A DNA stretch of 64,000 bases from Flectonema sp. DT1601. Its lineage: Eukaryota. Below the pieces are notes generated by a model, which worked only from the letters and a program-made list of their open reading frames with translations, was not told the DNA's origin and ran no database searches. Below are positions 22,701 to 34,300 of the stretch, in pieces (the stretch's first letter is position 1; each line of letters opens with the position of its first letter). Location: positions 868,001 to 932,000 of the forward strand of contig OZ025801.1 in NCBI GenBank assembly GCA_964019425.1, given 5' to 3'. Made by a program: the position numbers and the translations under genes.

Positions 22701-23280
22701 AAAAACTACTAAAATAAATGATGTCTTCTTTGATTGAAGTAGGACTACAATGTCCCATTTCAGTTCAGTTAATAGTGAGTGTGATACCTTGCTGAGTGGA
22801 GCCCCTGTAAGTGTACTTGAGTTGAAAAGCCTCCATTACAGAATGGGACGCTTGATTTACTTGCGCCAATCGCTAAGCAGCGGGTGAAACCCGGATCGGA
22901 AAGTGGCGATTCTTTCTTCGTCGAGTCTGGGCATCCTATCGGGATACTTAGCTGTTTTTCCCAAGGCGACAGGATTGATAATTATTCAATCCAAACGGAA
23001 GTTCCAAACTAGAAATAGCATCCAGCTTCCTCTGGTTTGCAGGGTAGATACCCCAGTTAACTTACATTCTAACTACTTACTGCAGTTGTTTATTTAATTC
23101 CTTATCACTTCTAATATTATTTTATCAATCAAACTAAAACAGGTTTCGGTGTATTTATACAGTGTTCAGCCGGCATGCCTTACACAGTTACTTCCAAGTA
23201 GTAACCCATTACCGCCACCAGTTCCTGTAGAAGATCCACAACCGTCAGTTGGTGAGGAAAAGGAGGGTGAGAAAGCTTAA
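16743..23280 (+). CDS. Nucleotide-sugar (UDP-Gal/UDP-GlcNAc) transporter, SLC35A family, copy 1; exons 16743-17759 and 23143-23280
   Basis: LIPSGLYTLQNN, TYQVLSQMKLITTA, GLAGVYLEKI, WIRNMQL, VKYSDNIVKGF; phase-0 GTATGT at 17760, AAACAG acceptor at 23142; last exon VSVYLYSVQP... is homologous to that of copy 2. Confidence 0.85.
17918..18757 (+). pseudogene. Gag-like/ORF1 region with Cys/His zinc-finger-like motif, fragmented
   Basis: ORFs 17918..18310 (C..CKRC...C..QC...WVCPIC) and 18395..18757, upstream of the YR. Confidence 0.45.
18758..19680 (+). pseudogene. Tyrosine recombinase (frameshift near 19235)
   Basis: Catalytic R (ACRFRDL), K (AGKTD), HxxR (HYVRH), H...Y (LARHKSDVSTLKY). Confidence 0.85.
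19680..21237 (+). pseudogene. Reverse transcriptase-RNase H (frameshift ~20350)
   Basis: LRFILNP, QFDFKSFYFQF, PMGFKCTP, VWMDNV (YxDD-equivalent); RNase H ATDASGSGWG, IYVKEMYAL, ENPADAPSR. Confidence 0.85.
21251..21310 (+). repeat. Perfect 30-bp tandem duplication in the element 3' UTR
   Basis: CCTCCTTCTGCGCCGCGACTCCAGCTTATA x2. Confidence 0.95.
21502..21575 (-). tRNA. tRNA-Arg (UCU)
   Basis: GCCCCAT TGGCGCAATTGGATAGCGC G TTGGA CTTCTAA TCCAA AGGTT GTGAG TTCGAGT CTCAC ATGGGGT A; complete cloverleaf followed by an oligo-T terminator. Confidence 0.95.
21640..23075 (-). mobile_element. Degenerate Ingi/L1Tc-like non-LTR retroelement remnant with RNase H
   Basis: Minus strand: GTESSHKSEQIAL..., HSKSNLDELSGGIVAQ..., VHIQFIPSH..DNADRLAKAA (~21975-22200); 5' region GGGGTATCTACCCTG...GAGGAAGC recalls the Ingi 5' signature; boundaries approximate. 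Confidence 0.55.
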
Positions 23281-24409
23281 AGTAGTTGTTAGAATATGAA
23301 TATCCTTGAAGGGACCTTGGCCCACTTGGCTTAAGCTTTGGCAACGTATGGTGTTTAAGTAAATGCGTCTGTCAGCATGTTCACTAACGCATCAAGCGGA
23401 TTCAACGTATGTATGCGCGTCTACCACTACCATGTGGGATTTACACGTACAGCCTTCGTTCAAGATTAGCACTATAAACTAATTATTCTTCCTAATTAAT
23501 GTTTACGTACTGGTATATTCCGACTTAGTTGTCGCGCTCAATGTGGCTTTAATTATTGCAACAGCAGATCTGAAGTATATTTTGATATGTCAAAGTGTCT
23601 GTTAACTACAACGGGAAATATTTGAGTCCCACAAACTCCGATGCGCGAGAATCTTTTCCACCGCGAGCATTTCTCCACAGGAAACCTTTTTTTTTAAATT
23701 TTGTCAAAAGTATTTGCCTTAGGCAGTAAAGCTTATATACCGTGTACATGGGTCAGAAACACGTAGATAGTTTTTTTCTTTTTTTCTTTTTTCTCTCCCT
23801 TCTTCTTTTTTCTTTCTTGTTTCCTTCCTCATTTCCTCCCTTGTTATTTATTTTATGAGCAAGAACCACATTGTTAGCACATCTTTTTCTGCGCGACACT
23901 AGCTGTACAAATGATTTTGTTGCCATCAACAGTTGACAATGAAGAAGTAAGGTAACAAGCGTAATTAGTGAGGCATAGTGTTGCCGAATGAATATGGCGA
24001 CACAAGTGGACGCAAAATCACATTAAAACTTTGCACTTTTTTTTTTTTTTTTTTTTGAAACAGAAACAGAGAAAAAGAAATATAGTTGTAGTGCATTCAT
24101 GGAGCGCATACGGCTCTTCTTTTTTTTAAAAAAGAGCCCCTCATGCATTTTAATGGGCCAAAAAAAAAAAAACTAACCCCTGAAGTCTAGCAAGAATGCA
24201 AAACATGATGTATATCCCGTACGCAATAAAGACAGGATGGGGAAAGTAGAGGTGTGCGCTAAGTGGCATTTTCATCAGCTGATTGTTTAAAGGTGCATGA
24301 GCTGATCGGGTCAACCATGAAGAAAAAAACTCTTACATTTTTTTATTTGCTGTTCCTTATGATATATATCGTCAGCAGCATTTTTTAAAAATTTTTTTTT
24401 TTTAAATAA

Positions 24410-24440
<31 letters not shown>

Positions 24441-25487
24441 TCCTCCCTCTGAGAGCTTCCCTTTTTCCCAATCATTTTTTAACATTAGTGGTTAGTGTAG
24501 CAACGAAAAAAAAAAAAAAAAAAAAAGTGTTATTGGAATATCACTGAAATTTTATTTTATTTCTTTTTATTTTTGGTGAATCTCAAGGAGTCGAGTTTTC
24601 TCTCCTTGAAACGCGCACAGCTGATTCTAGGTAGTTCATAAATTGGATGTCTGACTTGTCAGCCACATTGATAACTTGACCCTCACACAAGCAATGCTTA
24701 CAAAAAAAAAAAATAAAATTTCTTAAATTAAATTAAATTAAAAAAAAAAATTAAAAAAAAAAAGGTGTATGAAAATTGATACAGGCAAGAATTATTTCCT
24801 GCATTGTTACGGGAAAACGCTGTACCACTGCAATGAGTACGGCGACCCAATTACAGAGGGGAAGGAAAAAAAAAAAAATTAAAAAAAAAAAATAAAAATA
24901 AAAAAAACAAGTAGTAGTTGCGAATGTTTTCTTCCGCGCAAGAAAACTATTTCTGCGCAGGAATGTTTCCCTAGACTTCGCTTGTAACCTTAGACAGGAA
25001 AAAAGATGCAGCGATTTGTTAGGATAATGTGGCACTACGATCACGGCACTGCGAACCGACATCTGTTTCTCTCTGCATTTATTATTGTGTCTCAAGCTGG
25101 TAATGAACCATTTAAGGCGAGGATCCAATAGCTACTCCCCCCCCGTCAAAATATAAGCGGAGAGAGATTTGAAAAAATAAAAAAAAATAAAAAAAGGACA
25201 AAAAAAAAAACAAAAAAAAAAAAAAAAAAATGAGAATTACAACAACAGCAACAACAACAAAAAAAAAAAAACAACGAAGAGTAAGCCATCAGGCGAATTA
25301 TCTTATAATTAATAATTAGTTTTTATTTTATTTTTTTGCTTTGAACTGAATTGTGCAATCGTCCCTTGCTCGGATCATCATTGTTATCTATGGAATCGTT
25401 TTGGGAACGTTGCATTCACGCCAGTGGTCATGATCATCTCTAGTTTTATTCTACTTTCCTTACAGTAGAGGTAAATTCCTCAAAGAA

Positions 25488-26750
25488 ATGGGCAATGAAA
25501 GAGACCCGCAGTATCGCAAAGGTGAAGACATAGGGACTTCTCCTGAGCTCCCCCCACCCAGCCCCAAAGCTGAATCTACTGCGATGGGTGTCTCAGCTGA
25601 AGTAATGAAATATGGTTCTTTAGCGTGTTTGGTCGCGCAAAACAGTAGTTTGACGCTGACAATGAGAGCGAGTAGGCTTCCAGGAGCAGACCCAATGCCA
25701 ATGTACTTGGCGACATCAGCCGTTGTTGCCTGTGAATTAGTTAAGTTAGTCCTCTCCATGGTGATGCTTACAATTGAGAAGGAAGGATTGGACGGTGCCT
25801 TCAAAGCTATCCAGACTGACATCCTTTCATCTTTCAGTCAAAATTTAATACTTCTCATCCCTTCTGGTCTCTACACCCTCCAGAATAATATTCAGTACTA
25901 CGCTGCTACTCACCTTGATCCTCCGACTTACCAAGTGCTGAGTCAGATGAAGCTCATCACAACTGCAATCCTCTCGGTGGTGATCCTCAACAGAAAGCTC
26001 ACTATGCTTCAGTGGGCAGCCATTGTACTTCTCGGGGTTGGTATTGCCATGGTTCAAACATCTCAGGGGAAGGCTCCTGGAACTGCTGTTGGTGTCACTG
26101 ATGCAGCTGCTGAGGCTGAAGCTTGGAGTCGCATGTTTGGTTTCATTGCTGTCTTTATTGCATGCTGTACCTCGGGACTTGCTGGAGTGTACCTCGAGAA
26201 GATTGTGAAGCAGACTAAGCCTTCCGTTTGGATTCGTAACATGCAACTCGCTTCGTGGGGTCTTCTGGTGGGTCTTTTGGCATCTTACTTCAAGGACTAC
26301 GATGCGATTGTGGAACATGGATTCTTTCAGGGATTCAAGGAAATTGTTTGGGTTGTTGTGGCATTACAGTCAGTTGGAGGAATTCTGATCGCAGTTGTGG
26401 TGAAGTACTCCGACAACATTGTGAAGGGTTTCGCCACTGGACTGTCAATTGTTTCATCAGCAACGGCATCTGTTTGGCTTTTCAGCTTCGTGTTCACCAT
26501 GCAATACGTTCTCGGGGCGACGATTGTGATTGTATGTTTAGTTTTTTTAGGTTCTGTGTCGTTTGAATCACCTCTAACTGTTGGGGTCGCATAATTTGTC
26601 AAAATAATATAACACCAACAGGGGTCAGTGTACCTATACAGTGTGCAACCACCATGCATTGCTAAGATGTTATCGAAAACGTCAACTAATACGTCTGATG
26701 AGAATCAGGCTCTAAAGGAAGAAAAGACGCTGACAGTGGCTAAGGTCTAG
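25488..26750 (+). CDS. Nucleotide-sugar transporter SLC35A family, copy 2; exons 25488-26531 and 26622-26750
   Basis: Near-identical core to copy 1; 90-nt phase-0 intron GTATGT...CCAACAG restores ATIVI-GSVYLYS...TVAKV*. Confidence 0.9.
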
Positions 26751-27121
26751 TTCGATTCTTGCTGTGACTTACTCTGCGGAGGAAAACTATTCCAGTTTTT
26801 CCCCAACGTATGTATCCTGTTTACGGTACGGTATTGTAATATAGTTTTGAAGGCTTAAATCTGCTGTTGTTCGTCATTATTTTTGTACCTCCTTTAGGAA
26901 CCTTTTTATGTTACTCTATCTGGCTTCTTAGAGAAAATTTACACTTGCAGTGCAAATTAAAAAAAGTGCAGTATCAGTGTTTTCACTCCTGACTGAGCGT
27001 GAAGTTTTTTTTACTGAATTTCACGCATTGTGGTTAGGGCTGTTGTCAGCATGAAATAACTCATTTCATGCCTGGACATGTTTTTACAGGAGACTCGTTG
27101 TTGAATTCTGAAGTGAGTTTC

Positions 27122-27650
27122 TTTTTTTTTTTTTTTTTGCACCGATGAAGTCGGAAAAGAAACTATTCAGATCAAGAGCCGTTTATTTCCCTGTGCGGTT
27201 GTAATACTGTCTGCGATCAACAAAAAAAGAAAAGGCTCGTCTGAATGGGGGTTTTCTTTTTGAAGAATTTCTTATAGGATTGTCCTTTCATTTGAGGTGC
27301 GCGTATTGCAGTCTGTTTCAGTGATGGCGTTGGCCTGAGGTCAAAGGAGGCCCACTCGAAGATGTCTCTGCAGTCTTGAAAGAGATAATGTACAAGGTCA
27401 CATGCCATTCAAAGAAAAGACTGCAACACTAGACAACAAGTTTCTTAGTGCAAGGCTTTCTTGTATTGGTAGTCGTGTTTTGTAGACTTGACTGAATTCA
27501 AAGTTGACTACAGGCCAAAGACATGGTTCTGAATATCTCTAGTATTGTGTATGGTGTACTATCTGTTCAAGCGGAAGCACACAAGATGGACTCCTGGAGA
27601 GCTCGTAGACCGCCGAGGTTTAAATCTTCCCTTCGAAGCCTCTTATCGTA
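27122..27650 (-). mobile_element. 3' fragment of a non-LTR element with poly(A) tail
   Basis: Poly-T followed by GCACCGA (same terminus at 17770-17786); minus-strand HYLFQDC zinc-knuckle-like end. Confidence 0.4.
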
Positions 27651-28303
27651 AAATAAAACGACGGTTTTAGATGCAAAATCAGATACAGATTTTCACTTGT
27701 AGGAGGGTTTTTACCCCGTTTCTTTACCTTCACTCGATTCTCTAAAAACCCACCCGCGCGTGAAAATCAGGCTCTCTGACTTTTATTAAATCAAAATGGT
27801 TAGGTTTTTTTTTTTTTTTTTGCTTGACCGTTGTTTCGCCTTGTTCCTTATTCTTTTTTACAAAGGCACATCAGGTGGAGATTATAAGTTTTGGCTTTAA
27901 TTTTTTTTTTCCTTTTTTTTTTTTTTCTAGTAAACAAAAAAAAAAAAAAAAAAAAAAAAACAACACAATTTTTTAATCACCTACAACGTCTAACAAGGTG
28001 AATATTTCTAAACGTGTTATCTTTCCAATGCTGGTTAATTTTCTTTCTATGTTACAGTTTCAGTATGGGTGTCTTGTCTCCCTGAAACTTACCATCATGA
28101 ATCCGTTAGCTCACTGAGCGTGATATTCCGACGTTAATAACGAAGGCTATTTCTCTCCCCCTTTTTTTGTTGATCAAGGTATCGACAAAAAGGGTAGAGC
28201 AATATTTATTTATTTTATTATTATTATTATTTTTTTTTATTTTTTATATATGATTTTTGACATTTCCTCCGTCTGATAACCTAATTATGTTCTCCTTTTA
28301 ATT

Positions 28304-31300
28304 TTGTTGTTTTTTAAATTAGAGTTTAATTTGAAAAAAAGAAAAAAAAAAAAATCGATCTGTGGTCGGTTTGTCAGACTTTCTCAAAAAAAAATCGGCC
28401 TCCGTTCATGTACAAAGCACAGGAATGCTGCCCTGTTAGGTTCGCTAGGACTAGTAAAGGATACCTGTGTTAGCCTTTGGCGGGACTACAAATGTAGCCT
28501 AGGTGCGCAGATCCAAGAGGCGCTGAACAAGGTGCTGCCGGCAAGCCTAAAGCTGGAGGGCACATACCACCCACAACGACTTACCTCGGCCAGACTAGAC
28601 CAGGTCGCGCGAGATAAGTTGCTGGAAGACGCGGCACCAACCGACAAGAAGAGACTCTTGTCTCTCACCATGCCGAAAGCAAGCGCGTGGTTACAATGTC
28701 CAGATGAGGAGTGCTACATAGGCTCCGACATATTCCGTATCGCCTGCGGATTACGTCTCGGGACAGCCCTGTTCTCAGAGGATGAGGCCTGCCGTGCCTG
28801 CAAGAAGACGCAGGACGCATTCGGGTACCACGCCTCTGTATGCATCGACGGAGGGGATATCCACCGCAGGCATGATAAAGTAAGGGAAGAGTTTATCGGC
28901 ATCTGTCGTTCGGCGGGCTTGGCAACGATGAGGGAACCCAAATACCTCGTTGGATACAACAAGCAGCGACCCGCAGATTGGTACTGTCCGCAAGGGTTGA
29001 ACGAGGGGGTCGGGCGGGCCTTTGACGTGACGATCGTCAACCCGGGGGCTTCTAGAAACTACAACAAGCCGGGACAAGCAGCCAGTGAAGCAGAAGCCGC
29101 AAAGTCAGGCAAATACTCGGCCCTATGTGCAAAGTTCGGATTAAACTTTTCCCCGATTGCACTTGAAGTCTATGGAGGTTTAGGCCCACAAGCTGTGAGG
29201 ACCCTGAGCCGACTGTCGCAGCTGCGAGCCATTGCCACAACAGTACCCCTACGGGAGGTTGCAGGCCTGTATGCCAGGAGGGTCTCAACCCAAGTGGTGG
29301 TCTGCACTGCAGAAGCCCTCAGGGCAAGAGGAGCATCGCTCATACACCAGGCAGCGTTATCCGCTAGTAAGCCGCACACGCCACACATGCCGCCTGCACC
29401 GAGCACATCCGATGACGTGTCATTGTCCGCATCGACCCCACAACCTATGGATCCAACTCCAGACCCAACCACACCGGATGCCGGAGGGATCGGCCGGTCA
29501 GCGGAACCCGAGGGGGATACAGTAACCAGGCCGGCCACGAAGCCAGAGGAACCCACAACGAGTCTAGCAACTCCACAACACAAAGCTGGAGTGCCGAGGG
29601 AGTTCGAATCGACACCAGTGCCGGCCCCGCAACCGACCACGACTGACGACGGAGGACCCGTTCCGATAGCTACATCGGTGTCCGTTCCAGCCGCTACCCT
29701 GTCAACCGAAGGACGGAACGAGACCGCATCGATTGATCCAACTACCGCTGCCCCGACACCTCCTGGCCCAATCATATCTACCGCCGGAGGTTTAGAGGTA
29801 TCGGAGCCTGTGCTGAGTCCTTCGACTAGTCCGCAAGGGGTGTCCGCCGAACCCACTATGAGCCTCACAACTCCACTACACAAAGCCGGAGAGCCGAGAG
29901 AGCTCGAACCAGTGCCGGCGCAGGCCCCGTTACCGACCACGACTGACGATGGAGGATCCGACCCGACAGCCACACCAGTGTCCGCACCGATGGCACCCTT
30001 ACCAGCTGGAGGGAGAAACGAGAAAACATCGACTGAACCAGTCACCGCTGCCCCGACCCCTCCTGGCCCAACCATATCCATCGCCGGAGGTTTAGGGATA
30101 TCGGAGCCTGTGCCGAGTCCGTCGACTAGTCCGCAAGGATTGCCCGCAGAACCCGCTACGAGTGTCGCAATTCCACTACACAAAGACGGAGAGCCGTGTG
30201 AGTACGAATCAACACCAGTGCCGACCCCGTTACCGTACACGACTGACGACGGAGGACCCGACCCGACAGCCACACCAGTGTCCGCTCCGACGGCTTCCTT
30301 ACCAGCTGGAGGGAGAAACGAGAAAACATCGACTGAACCAGCCACCGCTGCCCCGACCCCTCCTGGCCCAACCATATCCATCGCCGGAGGTTTAGGGATA
30401 TCGGAGCCTTTGCCGAGTCCGTCGACTAGTCCGCAAAGATTGCCCGCAGAACCCGCTACGAGTGCCGCAATTCCACTACACAAAGACGGAGAGCCGCGTG
30501 AGTACGAATCAACACCAGTGCCGACCCCGTTACCGTACACGACTGACGACGGAGGACCCGATCCGACAGCCACACCAGTGTCCGCTCCAGCTGCCTCCTT
30601 GCCAGCCGTTGGACCGAACGAGTTCACGTTGCACGTTCCAGCCACCGCTGCCCCGACCCCTCCTGGCCCAACCACATCCATCGCCGGAGGTTTAGAGGTA
30701 TCGGAGCCCGGGCTGAGACTGCCACTCAACAGACCTCTAGAAGCGCCGGTTGATCCGGCATCAGCTGTAGACGTAACTTCCTCGCCAGCCGCTAAACGAA
30801 CCGAGACGGATCAGACCGCTCCAGTCACCGCTGTCCCTACTCCTCCAGGCCCAACCATATCCATTGCCGGAAGTTTAGAGTTACCGGAGCCGGAGCCGAG
30901 ACCGTCTTTTCGCCCGCAAGGAGCGCCGGTTGAACCCACAAGGGAAACAGGCAATCCTTCACTGCCAATAGGCGGACGGAATGTATTCATATTGATCGAC
31001 CCAGCCGCTGCTGTCCCTATGCCCCCTGGCCCTTCCAAATCCACTGCCGGAGGTTTAGAGATATCGGAGACCGGGCTGAGGCCGCATGAATCGCCCACTG
31101 ATCCAATCGCTACGCACGGTGGAGAGATAACGCCGAACGAAGCCGCCCTGTCTGTTCCAGACTCTGCCGTCATGCACCTTCCTGGCCCAATAACAACTTC
31201 TGCCGGACGATGGCAGGAACCGGAGTCGGTCCCGGGTACGCCCTTGACACAGAGAGGGCCGTCACTCACTTCGAAACCCGAGAGTCCAGCAATAGAACAC

Positions 31301-34300
31301 CCTCCGACCTTCATACCCTTTGGAGTAGGCCTGGAGGGGATTCAGAATCTCGGGGATTCCTGCTACATGAACGCAGCGCTGCAGTGCCTATGCAAGGGCA
31401 TGCCTCTTCCGGAATGCAACAAATTGCCGGAACACTCAGCAGACTGTGTCTTATGCACCCTGAGGGAGCTGAAGCGATCGGGGTCTGTTTTGGCAGCGAA
31501 GAAGATATGGGAATGGATGAAACCACGCTGCGGTCCGGGACAATCAGAAGCCGAACATGCACTGTCAGAGCTGCTCGAAGCAATCGTTGAGGCGGGAGCT
31601 CCACCAGTCGACTTCGTGTCCACGGTAACGCAAATCCGCACGTGTCAAGTCTGCGAGGACATACACACGGTACGGTATAGAACGCCCATCCTCAGACTGG
31701 AACCTGACCAAAAGACAGCTTCTGCCCTTGACGAAACGACGACAAGCCCGACAGACTTCACCTGCCCGAGTTGTAAATCGTGCTCAGCGGAGATCGTTAC
31801 ATCGGTAGACGAGCCAGCCCGTTCGCTGTTCCTGGGGTTCAAAGAGGGACATTTCGGAGATACCAAACCCGATGAAGTCACCCTTCCAGAATCCTTCATA
31901 GACGCATCGAGCCGCCTCTACACCCTGACTGGAATGATCCAACACGTCAGATTTAACGAGGTCTCGGGGCACTATGTGTCGTATACGACAAATGGAAGGG
32001 GGGGATGGCTGAAACAAGACGATTCTGCCGAGGGAATCTACACGTCGAAGGTCACACAAGTAAAGCCCTGCGTCGCCCTGTACCTGAGACGAGAGCAGCT
32101 ACCCTCCTCCACCCAGGATCCAGGACGGATTTTAGCACCCTCCAACAGGAAGCCATCTTTCTTCTACGGAGTCGCCGAAGGCAGATCCCCGGGAGTCTAT
32201 ACCACGTGGGAGGAAACGAAGAGGGAGGTGCACAAATACAGAGGCGCCGTCCACCAAAGATTCGTCCTCCGCGAGTCGGCCCAGCGATTTGTCGAGAGGT
32301 ACAACCCACCATCAGGGGATACCAAAGTCGCTCCACCGCCGGGCAGCAAATGGTACGCAGTAGTCAGGGGCCGAAAGTCTGGTCTGTACGACTGCTGGCG
32401 CGAAGCGAGCTCGATGGTAAACGAGTTCACCAGAAGCCGGTACAAGGCCTTCAACTCGCGATTGGAAGCCTCTCTATACTGGTGGGACCACATGGCAGGG
32501 GGACCTCAACAGGACTCGCCTCGCATGTGCCTATTCTTTGCCAGTCATAGGAACTTGAACACTGGGAGGACGGGGGCGGCCGCCTGCCTGTTGGACACGC
32601 AACTGCACAAGTTGACGGCCAGCTGGGGTGCGACGCTCGACACTGCAGACCTCGGGCTAGCCTCCTACTATGCTGCCCTCAAGGGGATACAGAAGATGAG
32701 TCAACAGGATAGAAATGCCACCTGGAGTTGCAGAGGAAATATGAACACGTGGAGTGCGACAACACGGACGGGACTGGCGGGGGCTGTGCCGGACACATGG
32801 AGCTTCCTCAACACACCAAACGTCGCCAACAACTGTGCGCAGTTCAAGGCGGAAGAGGTGTCCTCTCGAGATTACTGCTCGCTGATGGACGTGTTGAGAC
32901 GTACCTCAGAACTGGAAGGGGAGCTGGGATTACGGTTAACCAAGAAACCGAGATCCCCAGATTCCGATTCGCAGGGAGAGTCTGCCTCGGTCAAAAAACC
33001 AAAGGCTGAGGCAGACCATCCACCGCCCGCCATAGCCGACCCCGATAGAAGCCCAACGCCATCGGCCAGTCCGAGGAGCAAGAAGCAGTGGTCCCCTGGT
33101 TCAGATTCGCAAGACGAGCCGGTATCAGTGAAGAAGCCGAAGACGTCCGCACCTGAAGTGGCCCGAGAAGACTCAGTGACTTCAGAAGGCCCCCCACTAG
33201 TAGATAACCAACGGAACCCGACGGTCACGACGGAGATAGAAAATGTAGCGCCGACCGCCTCACCTGTTGAAACTGCAGTTACAACCAATGTCGGCCAGAG
33301 TAAGCCGGAGCCAAAGGAAACCGACATCCCACCGCCGAATGCAAGTCAGGAATTGGAAGATGCCACGGCCAGCGCCACACCAGTCACTAGACCGACAGAT
33401 TTGCCCACCGAAGGCAGTCCCCTGCCGTCAGCCAGTCTAAGGACGATAGTTGCAACCATAGACCCGCCGGAGAAAGGTGAACACGATGCCTCCGAAGATA
33501 CAGTAAACACCCTCAAGGAAGAAGTATATGATGCCCCTGGAGATCAGACAGACACCCTCACCGGGGAAGTACGCGATGCCTCCGAAGAACCAGCGGATAT
33601 TCTTACCGAAGTAGAACATGATGCCGCCGGAGAACTAGCAGACACCCTCGCCGAAGAAGTGCGCGATACCGCCGAACAACCAGCAGACATCCTTACCGAA
33701 ATAGAACAGGATGCCTCCGGAGAACTAGCGGACGCCCTCGACAATGAAGTGTGTGACACCTCTGAAGAGCCAGTAGACATCCTCACCAAGGAGGAACGCG
33801 ACTTGTCCAGCCCGTCATCGCAGTTACAAGCATACGACAAGGAGACCCACACTCCCCCTGTGGCCAGAACGCTAGACCTCGACAGCCATAACAGCTCTAC
33901 AGAAGATCCGACACCGAAGACCAGAAGAGCAAGGAGCAGCCCACCCCGGACGGGGACAAGTAGCTCCGATGTCTCCACAAACGATACCGAAGATACCCGA
34001 CCGACATGTGACCATGCACCGCCGTTGCAAAAGGGACCAAGGGTCAAATGCGACTTCTGCCATAGATTGTTGCAACGGAAATGGTTCAGGAGCAGATGCA
34101 CGAAGTGCCAGATAACGACCTGTCGAAGATGTTGGACCGCCGGAGTGGAGACCGCCTCCAGAGCCTTGGATCACCCAGACAGTACACCAAGACACAGGAG
34201 GACGAGGTCGTGCCCATCCTCGAACGAGAAGACAAAGAAGAAGATATCGCCATACAGTTCCGCGGACTCAGAGAAGACCAACCTGAGTCCGGGGAAGAGA

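Noticed and set aside
24040..25340. Poly-A/poly-T tracts, small hairpins and short ORFs
   Set aside because: Low-complexity intergenic sequence with no coding or structural signal
28040..28400. Spliced-leader RNA gene as target of the CRE-like element
   Set aside because: Only a weak partial resemblance (TTACAGTTTCAGTA); no SL exon at either junction and no convincing TSD found
29170..30729. 519-aa minus-strand ORF
   Set aside because: Antisense of GC-rich 300-bp repeats; no independent motifs
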